The notes under the pieces: model-generated
What the model saw: only the letters and a program-made list of their open reading frames with translations
What the model was told of the DNA's origin: nothing
Databases searched by the model: none
Position numbers and translations under genes: made by a program
Part shown: positions 24,077 through 32,595 of the stretch, piece after piece
Position numbering within the stretch: the stretch's first letter is position 1
How the letters are laid out: each line of letters starts with the position of its first letter
From: Cellvibrionaceae bacterium
GTDB lineage: Bacteria; Pseudomonadota; Gammaproteobacteria; Pseudomonadales; Cellvibrionaceae
DNA length: 64,000 bases
Reading direction: 5' to 3'
NCBI GenBank assembly: GCA_050300015.1
Contig: JBNKWZ010000008.1
Location: forward strand, 125,393-189,392

Positions 24077-24108
24077 CAAGATAGAGAAATGAAAAATAGG
24101 AGACGCCC

Positions 24109-25941
24109 ATGTGTGGCATAGTCGGAGCGGTTGCCCAACGAGATGTGGGCGAGATACTGTTAGAAGGTTTACGTCGGTTGGAGTACCGTGGGTATGATTC
24201 TGCGGGGCTTGCCATTCTCTGTGAGGGAACGGGATTACGCCGTTTGCGTACCCTGGGTAAAGTCCAAGTACTGACCGACGCTTACACCGAGCAACGGCTT
24301 ACCGGCGGCACGGGCATTGCCCATACGCGCTGGGCCACCCATGGTGCACCAAGCGAAATCAACGCGCATCCACACGTATCCAATGATCGTGTGGCGGTGG
24401 TGCACAATGGCATTATCGAAAACCACGAGGCGCTTAAACGCCGCTTAGAAGAAGCAGGTTACCCCTTTACTTCGCAGACCGATACGGAAGTGATTGCACA
24501 CTTGATGGATCTTTACTTAAAGCAAACGGACAGTTTGCTCAGTGCTTTACATAAAACCGTAACGGAATTGCAGGGCGCTTTTGGTGCTGTGGTTGTCGAT
24601 GGTGAAGACCCCGCCAAAATGGTAGTGGCGCGTTCGGGCAGCCCATTGGTAATTGGCCTTGGCATTGGTGAAAATTTTGTGGCCTCTGATCAATTGGCGT
24701 TGTTGCCAGTGACGCGTCGGTTTATTTTTCTAGAAGAAGGCGACACCGCTGAGATTACCCGCCACAGTATTCAAATTTTTGATGCGCAACAGCAACCTGT
24801 TGAACGCGAAATTCATGAATCCAATGAGTGTTACGACGCGGGTGATAAGGGCCAGCATCGCCACCACATGATCAAAGAGATTCACGAACAGCCCCTGTGT
24901 GTAAGCAATGCTCTAGAAGGTCGGCTAAACGACAAAACCGTATTGGACGAAACCTTTGGCAATGGCGCCACCGAGCTTTTTCAAAAAGTACAACATATCC
25001 AAATCGTCGCCTGCGGTACCAGTTTTCATGCAGGTACAGTGGCGCGCTATTGGTTGGAGGAATATGCCGGTGTCAGTTGCAGTGTGGAGATCGCCTCTGA
25101 GTTTCGCTACCGAAAATCCTTTATTCAACCCAATAGCCTACTGGTGAGCATTTCTCAGTCCGGTGAAACTGCCGATACTTTGGCTGCGTTGCGCTTAGCC
25201 AAAACTTTGGGTTATTTGGGTAGCCTCACCATTTGTAATGTGGCGGGGTCTTCTTTGGTGCGTGAGTCCGACTTGGCTTTTATGACGCGTGCCGGCACTG
25301 AAGTGGGCGTTGCTTCTACCAAAGCGTTTACCACGCAATTGGTAGGGCTTGCCATGCTGGTTATGGCGCTAGGTAAACACAAAAGCTTAAGTGACGCCCA
25401 GCAACAGAGTATGACAGACGCGCTCAAACAACTCCCTGGTAAACTCGAAGGCACACTGGCCCTAGATCAAAGTATTGAGGCCCTGGCAGAAGAATTTGCC
25501 GACAAACATCACGCGTTGTTCTTAGGTCGTGGCGATCAGTATCCCATTGCCATGGAAGGCGCATTAAAACTCAAAGAAATTTCCTATATTCATGCAGAGG
25601 CCTATGCCGCGGGTGAGCTTAAGCATGGCCCTTTGGCCCTGATTGATGCGGAAATGCCCATCATCGTGGTGGCGCCTAATAATGAGTTGTTAGAAAAATT
25701 AAAATCCAATGTGGAAGAAGTGCGCGCGCGCGGTGGCGTCTTGTATGTGTTTGCCGATGAAAACGCACATTTTAAAAGTGACGACACCATGCGTGTGATC
25801 AATGTACCGCATATCGATCCTTGGCTTGCCCCCATTTTGTATACTTTGCCTTTACAGTTGTTGAGCTACTACGTGGCCATTATTAAAGGAACTGATGTGG
25901 ATCAACCACGCAATCTTGCCAAGTCTGTTACGGTGGAATAA
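24109..25941 (+). CDS. glmS: Glutamine--fructose-6-phosphate aminotransferase GlmS
   Basis: 610 aa with the N-terminal nucleophile MCGIVGAV, two SIS domains and C-terminal KSVTVE. Confidence 0.97.
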   Translation: MCGIVGAVAQRDVGEILLEGLRRLEYRGYDSAGLAILCEGTGLRRLRTLGKVQVLTDAYTEQRLTGGTGIAHTRWATHGAPSEINAHPHVSNDRVAVVHNGIIENHEALKRRLEEAGYPFTSQTDTEVIAHLMDLYLKQTDSLLSALHKTVTELQGAFGAVVVDGEDPAKMVVARSGSPLVIGLGIGENFVASDQLALLPVTRRFIFLEEGDTAEITRHSIQIFDAQQQPVEREIHESNECYDAGDKGQHRHHMIKEIHEQPLCVSNALEGRLNDKTVLDETFGNGATELFQKVQHIQIVACGTSFHAGTVARYWLEEYAGVSCSVEIASEFRYRKSFIQPNSLLVSISQSGETADTLAALRLAKTLGYLGSLTICNVAGSSLVRESDLAFMTRAGTEVGVASTKAFTTQLVGLAMLVMALGKHKSLSDAQQQSMTDALKQLPGKLEGTLALDQSIEALAEEFADKHHALFLGRGDQYPIAMEGALKLKEISYIHAEAYAAGELKHGPLALIDAEMPIIVVAPNNELLEKLKSNVEEVRARGGVLYVFADENAHFKSDDTMRVINVPHIDPWLAPILYTLPLQLLSYYVAIIKGTDVDQPRNLAKSVTVE

Positions 25942-25944
25942 GCC

Positions 25945-26727
25945 ATGGCAGACGCCCGTGTGGATAAACTGTTGTGTGACCAGGGCCTGGCCGCATCACG
26001 GGCGAAAGCGCAAACATTAATTGAAGCCGGCGCCGTTCGGTATGCTAGTGCGGGCGCGTGGCTAACCATTACCAAGGCCTCACAAAAGGTGCCTGCAGAC
26101 AGTCAGTTTCAAATTGACCCCATTCACGTACTTCAATATGTGTCGCGTGCGGGGCTTAAATTGGAAGCGGGGCTCAATTGGCTGGTACAACACGCGCATA
26201 TTGACAATCGAAAATTGAAGCATTGGGTAACTTTAGATGTGGGCCAATCCACCGGTGGTTTTACGGATTGTCTTTTGCAGCACGGCGTGAACAAAGTGGT
26301 GGGCATTGATGTCGGCCATGCACAATTGGATAAAGCCTTGCAGCATCACCCCGCCGTGATAGCCCTTGAAGGCATTAATGCAAAAGAATTACCGGTAGAA
26401 AAACTATTGGCATTCGCGCCCGGCGGATTTGATTGTATTGTGATGGACGTATCTTTTATTTCTCAAACCAAAATTTTGCCAAACTTACCTGCGCTTGCCA
26501 AAACGGGCAGTTGGTTAGTGTCCTTAGTCAAACCCCAATTTGAAGTGGGGCGTAAGGCTGTAGGTAAAAACGGGATCGTTAAAAATACCACCGCCATTAC
26601 CCAAGCCATTCAAAACGTTGAGGTCTGCGCAACAATGAGCGGATTCGATATCAAAACCACGCTCGAGAGTCCTATTCTTGGCGGGGATGGCAACCAAGAG
26701 TACTTGATCATTGCACAAATGCGTTGA
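25945..26727 (+). CDS. tlyA: TlyA-family rRNA 2'-O-methyltransferase (hemolysin A homolog)
   Basis: S4-like N-terminus. YVSRAGLKLE and DVGQSTGGFTDCLLQHG motifs of FtsJ-like TlyA. Confidence 0.85.
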   Translation: MADARVDKLLCDQGLAASRAKAQTLIEAGAVRYASAGAWLTITKASQKVPADSQFQIDPIHVLQYVSRAGLKLEAGLNWLVQHAHIDNRKLKHWVTLDVGQSTGGFTDCLLQHGVNKVVGIDVGHAQLDKALQHHPAVIALEGINAKELPVEKLLAFAPGGFDCIVMDVSFISQTKILPNLPALAKTGSWLVSLVKPQFEVGRKAVGKNGIVKNTTAITQAIQNVEVCATMSGFDIKTTLESPILGGDGNQEYLIIAQMR

Positions 26728-27446
26728 GCCCACTTGTCACAAAGTACAAAAGCACTTGGCGTAAGTTATTTGTGTTCCTGGGTGGCCGAAGTGAACGCTT
26801 AAAGCGGTATCAACACGACATTAGTGCTCGCCATTACCAAAAAAAGGGTTTCCAACTTACCAAAGGCCCTGGATAAGGGCGAAATTGTGTTATTAGTAGC
26901 ACGGACCGTTATTTTGATTTCGTCTAGGAAAGCTTCAGAACCTGCCTGAAAGCCATAATCGATTGTCTATACTGAACGATGTCACTTTGAATGTGTAGTA
27001 TGTGGTACCCCATTATGAGCAAATCGAGTATTCCTGAAAAAATGATATTAGCGCAACTTGAAGAAGCACTTGAAGAACGTCAAAGACCGGATAGACGCCA
27101 GAAGAAAGCCAGTTTGCCCGAAGGGGTTAATGAAGATCGCCGCAAAGGGGATCGCCGAAAAGAGAAGCACTGACCACGAAGGGCTTCCATTTGATTGGTC
27201 CAACCATGGAAGCATGGGCTCCACTGTACGTTGGGCGGTCCCGTGGTGAGTGTACCCCTGTTGTGAGGGTATCGATGATTCATGGGAGACGCGTTGCAGT
27301 TGTGTTTGGACCTCAGGTACGTCTGTACAACTGTTGATCCCCTTCGACGAGGTGAAATACCTTGTCAAATTGAGCTTCGCAGCCCAATCCCTTTGTTCTT
27401 TCCCAGGTTTTAAGCACGTGTGGCGAAAGTACTCATCAGACGTTTT

Positions 27447-27533
27447 CTATTAACCCAGCATTGGATATTTCAGCCAATGGCGGCACGTCCTTGTACCGCA
27501 TTAACCCGACATAAAAGGCTGCCGGGTTAATAG
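27447..27533 (+). mobile_element. MITE-like repeat copy B (87 bp, archetype): TIRs CTATTAACCC / GGGTTAATAG, core GCGGCACGTCCTTGTACCGC
   Basis: Perfect 10-bp terminal inverted repeats. An internal 6-bp-stem hairpin and a second hairpin TTAACCCG...CGGGTTAA. The right TIR contributes the TAA stop of the minus-strand gene ending at 27527. Confidence 0.7.
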
Positions 27534-28816
27534 CGTCCTAATTTTAGGACTTTACCGTCGTCACTGTCGGTCAAAATCCACAGGGCGCCCTCTGGGCCCT
27601 CGGTTACATCTCTCACTCTGCCCACATCCGTGAGCAAACGCTCTTCACCAACAACGCGGTCGCCCTCCAGCATAAGGCGTACGAGGCCGCGGGCTCTTAA
27701 GGCTCCGATAAACAAGTTTCCTTTCCAGGCTTTAAACAAGGCTCCTGAATAAAAAGTCATGCCACCTGGAGCGATGACAGGGTCCCAGTAGTACACAGGC
27801 TGTTCCATGCCATGTTTCTGAGTAATACCTTTGCCGATAGAGTCACCTCCGTATTCTATGCCGTAAGTAATCACTGGCCAGCCATAGTTTTTGCCGGGTT
27901 GGGGCGTATTCAACTCATCGCCCCCACGCGGGCCGTGCTCAATGGTCCACAAAGCGCCGGTCTCAGGATGGATGGCAGCACCTTGTATGTTTCGATGGCC
28001 ATAAGACCAGATTTCGGGCAAGCCGTCACCGTCCGCATAGGGGTTAGATAAGGGGCTGCTACCATCGGCATGGATGCGTACCACCTTACCAAGATGGGTA
28101 TCGAGGTCTTGCGCCAGCACCCGTGCATCCACATTTGAGCGTTCGCCCAAGGTTACATACAAATGGCCCTCTGGGCTCCACACCAGTCGTGAGCCGTAAT
28201 GTAGGTTGGAGTTCCAGCCCGGCATCTGCCGGAAGATCACTTCCACCTGTTCCAGGGCCGTGTTGTTCTCATTCAGGCGTCCGCGCGCCACGGTTGTGCC
28301 ATTGGTGTTATCACCGCGGTCTTCCGCGTAGCTCAAAAACACCATGCGATCGGTTTTAAAGGTGGGCGAGATGTTCACATCCAGTAACCCCCCTTGTCCC
28401 CGAGCCCAAACCTTCGGCACGCCTGTAATGGGTGGTGAAACCTCGCCGTGCTGGGTAACGAGGCGAAGTTGACCGGACCGCTCTGTGACCAACATACGGC
28501 CATCGGGTAAAAATTGGATGCCCCAGGGGTGATTGAGGCCACTGGCAATGACGTTTTGAGTGAGGCTAATGTTAGAAAGCACTTCGGGCGCGCGCGTTTG
28601 CTCTGCAAAGTACGGACGTAAATTTTTGGCTTCCGCTGGGGCCGTTTGCACTGGATCTCCCGTGGGGAGCGCCACACCCGTTGTTTTCACTATCGTATTG
28701 TCGGCCGGTGGTATTGGGCTTTCGGTGCTCGCGCTTTTATGATTGCAGGCGGTGACTGCTACGAGTAAAAGGGTCGTAATAACGGTAGGCGTTTTTGAGG
28801 TCAGCATGGTGTGCAC
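27527..28816 (-). CDS. PQQ-dependent soluble sugar (glucose/sorbosone) dehydrogenase, lipoprotein
   Basis: 429 aa with lipobox LVAVTAC. SGDH-family motifs HPWGIQFLPDGRMLVTER and YGHRNIQG. Confidence 0.9.
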   Translation of the reverse strand: MHTMLTSKTPTVITTLLLVAVTACNHKSASTESPIPPADNTIVKTTGVALPTGDPVQTAPAEAKNLRPYFAEQTRAPEVLSNISLTQNVIASGLNHPWGIQFLPDGRMLVTERSGQLRLVTQHGEVSPPITGVPKVWARGQGGLLDVNISPTFKTDRMVFLSYAEDRGDNTNGTTVARGRLNENNTALEQVEVIFRQMPGWNSNLHYGSRLVWSPEGHLYVTLGERSNVDARVLAQDLDTHLGKVVRIHADGSSPLSNPYADGDGLPEIWSYGHRNIQGAAIHPETGALWTIEHGPRGGDELNTPQPGKNYGWPVITYGIEYGGDSIGKGITQKHGMEQPVYYWDPVIAPGGMTFYSGALFKAWKGNLFIGALRARGLVRLMLEGDRVVGEERLLTDVGRVRDVTEGPEGALWILTDSDDGKVLKLGRY

Positions 28817-28985
28817 CGTTTGATCGTTGTTTTGGTTTAATTGCGGTCAGACACAGTATGATGTACAACCGCCAGAATATCGCAATCACAAAAAGAGTTA
28901 AAAACGAAGAGCGTGGTGTTGTGCCGTTTTGGTTGGGTAGCGCGGGAGATAAATTCATTTCGCTGTTGAACACTCTTATAAAAGG

Positions 28986-30197
28986 TTGAATTTGATGTCC
29001 TCATTGTTCGCTACCATTAAACAGTTTCCCCAAAATGTTTGGGTATTGGCTATTACCTTTTCTTTTGCGATGACGGGTATTTCATTGCTGCTGTTTATCG
29101 GCGGTATTGTGGGTACTCAATTGGCACCAAAAGCAACGTTCGCCACCTTACCCTTAGCTTGCTTTGTGGTGGGCAGTGCTACCATGGTCATACCTGCTGC
29201 ATGGTGCTTGAACCGTTGGGGTCGTAAACAGGGTACGTGGGTTGGGTTAGCCGTTTCACTACTGGCGGCCTGTTTAGGCATACTTGCGGTCAATATAGAG
29301 AGTTTTACGCTACTTTTGGCCACGGGGTTTTGTATTGGGTTGGCCACGCCGTTTTACCAGCAGTTTCGGTTTGCCTTAATTGAAAGTTTGCAGGGTCCCG
29401 AGAGTATGGGGCCTGCGCTGTCCGTATTAATGCTGTTTAATATTGTGGGTGCCTTGGCGGGCCCTGAATTTGGTGTTCTAGGCCGTCAATGGATTCCCGG
29501 TGCGGCAGAATTTACGGGGTCGTTTCTACTGTTTGGATGCTGCATCTTGGCGGCGGGTTTGGTTTTTACGCGCTTTCAAAACCCGCCCAAGCCAGAAGCC
29601 ACCCTACAATCTTTGCCTCGGCCCCTGCTGACCATCGTATTTCAGCCGGTATTTGTGGTGGCACTGATGTCTGCAGCGATTGGTTACGGGGTGATGAGTT
29701 ACCTTATGACATCGACCCCTATCAGCATGCATGAACACCATGGTTACGCGCTTGAAGATGCGAAGTGGGTGATTCAAAGCCATTTGGTGGCCATGTTTTT
29801 ACCCAGCTTGTTCTCAGGATTGCTCTTGCGAAAATTGGGCGTTGGCAAAATGATGTTGATGGGGGCCGGTCTGTATCTGGGTGTGGTGGTGGTGGCCCTA
29901 AGCGGTGAGCATGTTTTGCATTATTGGTGGGCATTGGTTTTGCTCGGTATAGGCTGGAATTTTTTGTTTCTGAGTGGTACCACTTTGTTACCGCAGGCCT
30001 ATACCCACGCCGAGCGCTTTAAAGCACAAGCGGTGAATGACTTTCTCATTTTTACATTTCAAGGTATGGCGTCCTTGAGTGCTGGGTGGGTCCTGTTTCA
30101 GTTGGGTTGGCGCTGGCAAATAATCACTGCGTTGCCTTTTATTTTCCTGGTTTTGCTTGCCAGTATAGTGTGTATTCAACGGTATGATAAAACTTAA
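28986..30197 (+). CDS. MFS transporter
   Basis: 403 aa with about 12 predicted TM helices and MFS loop motifs (LNRWGRKQG). Confidence 0.85.
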   Translation: MNLMSSLFATIKQFPQNVWVLAITFSFAMTGISLLLFIGGIVGTQLAPKATFATLPLACFVVGSATMVIPAAWCLNRWGRKQGTWVGLAVSLLAACLGILAVNIESFTLLLATGFCIGLATPFYQQFRFALIESLQGPESMGPALSVLMLFNIVGALAGPEFGVLGRQWIPGAAEFTGSFLLFGCCILAAGLVFTRFQNPPKPEATLQSLPRPLLTIVFQPVFVVALMSAAIGYGVMSYLMTSTPISMHEHHGYALEDAKWVIQSHLVAMFLPSLFSGLLLRKLGVGKMMLMGAGLYLGVVVVALSGEHVLHYWWALVLLGIGWNFLFLSGTTLLPQAYTHAERFKAQAVNDFLIFTFQGMASLSAGWVLFQLGWRWQIITALPFIFLVLLASIVCIQRYDKT

Positions 30198-30684
30198 GCC
30201 CCTAGTGCGTCCTGCAGCATCCGTTTGTTTGGTGTTGGTGATGATCACTGGGGTGGATCTATGGCGGGCGCGTCAGTTTGTTACTGAACCTCAAGTGCCG
30301 CAAATCTTATCCACCGTGGCTGGTGAGCCCATTAACCTACAGGCCTTAAGTGAGCAGGCGCCGGTGCTACTGTATTTTTGGGCCAGTTGGTGCGGTCCCT
30401 GTAAACTGGTAAGTCCAGCAGTAAACCGGCTGAGTGAATCTCATCAAGTGGTGACGGTGGCACTGGATTCGGGCGATGATCAAATTCTTAGGCGTTATGC
30501 TTTAACAAAAGGCCATACCTTTAAAGTGATCAATGATCAAGATGCCGCCCTTAGCCAGCGTTTTGGCGTATCGGTGACGCCGACAGTACTGATTTTTTAC
30601 CACGGTAAGGTGGTGTCTTCCACTGTGGGGCTGTCCACTCAATTAGGTTTGTGGGCGCGATTGCAGTGGGCAAAATTTCAATAA
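30184..30684 (+). CDS. Membrane-anchored thiol:disulfide oxidoreductase, thioredoxin fold (TlpA/ResA-like)
   Basis: 166 aa with an N-terminal TM helix and WCGPC active site. Confidence 0.85.
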   Translation: MIKLKPLVRPAASVCLVLVMITGVDLWRARQFVTEPQVPQILSTVAGEPINLQALSEQAPVLLYFWASWCGPCKLVSPAVNRLSESHQVVTVALDSGDDQILRRYALTKGHTFKVINDQDAALSQRFGVSVTPTVLIFYHGKVVSSTVGLSTQLGLWARLQWAKFQ

Positions 30685-30881
30685 ACGTCTTCAAAAACCC
30701 CTTTGACGAACGCGCCGTTGAAAAGCCATTGGAACTTGATCAAAAGTTTCCCATTTTTGAAATGGGCTTGTTATTCTGGCGTGGTTCTATTTTTGTGAAA
30801 TTAATTTTTATTAAGATATGGTTTTTATTTATAAAAAATGTCTATAATTACGACAATCAACTATTTTACGGGAAATTTTCA

Positions 30882-31037
30882 ATGTTACATCAACCTTTGA
30901 CAACCGCTGGTGCCAAGCGATCTGCGGCTCACGCATTGCGTTGGCACGCCGTGTGTAAGAGCGCAACAATGGCCGGTTTTCAAATGGACATTTCCCGCAA
31001 ATTTTATGGTATTCAAATTTTTAAGCAGGCCAGTTAA
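30882..31037 (+). CDS. Possible small protein (51 aa) or the coding-looking part of a small transcript
   Basis: ATG preceded by GGGAAA. An upstream TATAAT lies at 30844-30849 and a strong terminator 48 bp downstream. No homolog recognised. Confidence 0.3.
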   Translation: MLHQPLTTAGAKRSAAHALRWHAVCKSATMAGFQMDISRKFYGIQIFKQAS

Positions 31038-31085
31038 CCCAATAGCTGGCAGGCACTAAGCCTTCCAGCAGCAGTTTTTAAAAAA

Positions 31086-31116
31086 CCCGGAAGGCAAAAC
31101 CTTCCGGGTTTTTTTA
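31086..31116 (+). terminator. Rho-independent terminator (bidirectional: A-tract before, T-tract after)
   Basis: Stem CCCGGAAGG / CCTTCCGGG with loop CAAAA, followed by TTTTTTTA and preceded by AAAAA. Confidence 0.8.
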
Positions 31117-31517
31117 TGGGCGATCGAGGAGCGTACTACATGACCGATGTTTTTAGATTATTTATGCATTAAAAATGAATCGAATTTCAACATAAGCATT
31201 TATACATTGCGTTTTGTATGAGTGGCGATGACATTGGCCCAAAATTGCGCTGAACACGTGCAAGGGTTTGTGTCGGCCATAAGTTTATCCAACCTTATAG
31301 CAAACGGTTATGGTGCAAGTTTTTGTGTATTTTACGGGCGTTGTTTTCAGGTTTGGCATCTTCTAAAGTATTTTTCCGTAAAGGCGCACTGAAATGATTT
31401 CAGTATTTGGCGTTGATACCAGGTGAAGAGTGGTTAACGCGGTAGAGTTTATGTGTATGGCTAATGTCTGTTAGCGATGTGTTTGTGATGTTGTACTTGT
31501 AACAAGGACTAAGGATT

Positions 31518-32468
31518 GTGAGGTGGCGTAAAATGTTTTGGAAAACTGTGGATATAGCCGATACTGAACGTGCAGTGGTGTACAGTAAACATCGTTTGTT
31601 GACAGTGCTCTCGCCTGGACGTTATCGCTTCGGGTTTTGGCGTTTTCCACTCAGGTTACAAAAATATTCCATGACCCAATCTGTTGTGTTAGATGCGTGT
31701 GTTCCTTTGTTTGAAAATCGATTTCGATTTTTGTTCAGTGAGTATTGTGAATTTCACAGACTTCGAGCCACTGAGATCGGGTTGGTCTATCAGGGTGATG
31801 CCTTGATAGCTCTGGTGCCACCCGGTAAAACGTTTATGATTTGGAAAGAGGGCAATCTCTCCAGGGTGGTTAAGGTTGATCTCAATCAGGGCCTCGTGAT
31901 TGAGCCCAACATATTGTCCACACTACAGTCTTTGAACACTTCCATACAAGGGTATGAAGCGCTGGTTCAATGTGTTCAGGTGGATGAGGGGCATGTGGGG
32001 CTTCTAAAAATCGACGGCAAAATTATCGATTGCCTGCCTCCAGGCGTCCATGGCTTTTGGCGTGGCTGGCAAACCATTGAGGTGGTAATGCAGGATATGA
32101 GACTGCAAACTTCCCACGGGGTATTGCCGACGTTGCTTACCAAGGAAGGAGAACAAGTCGATGTCGAGTGGTCTATTGTTTTTTGTGCTGTGGATGCCCG
32201 AAAGGCACGAATCAAAGTGCAAAACCCGGATCAATGGGTTGCCAATTGGGTGCCGATTTTGCTGAGCCAACACTTGGCCGATATGACCAAAACACAGTTT
32301 TTGGAGCTCAATGTAGCTTTACAAAACCAATTTGAGCCAACACTCAAATTGGCGTTGAAAAAACTGGGTATGTCGTTGAATGGAATGTCGGTGACCATTC
32401 GGCCAAACGCGTGTTATCAGGCTGCAGCAGCATTTGAGCTTTCCCATCGGTCGGTTGCAAGCGCATAA
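31518..32468 (+). CDS. SPFH/band-7 domain protein with duplicated N-terminal motif
   Basis: C-terminal LTKEGEQVDVEWSIVFCAVDARKARIKVQNPDQWV aligns to the stomatin/HflC SPFH core (LTKD..V.VDAVVYYRV.DP.KAVY). Two N-terminal copies of the ...PG.+.F.W.....RLQ motif. Confidence 0.5.
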   Translation: MRWRKMFWKTVDIADTERAVVYSKHRLLTVLSPGRYRFGFWRFPLRLQKYSMTQSVVLDACVPLFENRFRFLFSEYCEFHRLRATEIGLVYQGDALIALVPPGKTFMIWKEGNLSRVVKVDLNQGLVIEPNILSTLQSLNTSIQGYEALVQCVQVDEGHVGLLKIDGKIIDCLPPGVHGFWRGWQTIEVVMQDMRLQTSHGVLPTLLTKEGEQVDVEWSIVFCAVDARKARIKVQNPDQWVANWVPILLSQHLADMTKTQFLELNVALQNQFEPTLKLALKKLGMSLNGMSVTIRPNACYQAAAAFELSHRSVASA

Positions 32469-32595
32469 GCCGCACTGCACAATTGCCGTGTGGCCCTACT
32501 TGCCTAGGGCTTTTGCCATTGTATGATTACCTTCCCATTTTTATCGACCCTGCTGTGTTAGGTTTACGCCATTCCTGGAAGCGCCCCTCTGGGTA

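Noticed and set aside
24077-24108. glmS ribozyme/riboswitch upstream of glmS
   Set aside because: The leader has only 32 nt between the DeoR regulator stop and the glmS ATG. The glmS ribozyme is a Gram-positive feature, and none of its core sequence is visible.
30651-30881. Upstream 77 codons of the 128-aa track ORF 30651-31037
   Set aside because: The N-terminal part overlaps the TlpA-like gene end, spans a hairpin and an AT-rich promoter-like stretch, and uses a non-ATG start. Only the distal 51 codons after a TATAAT are considered (tentatively).
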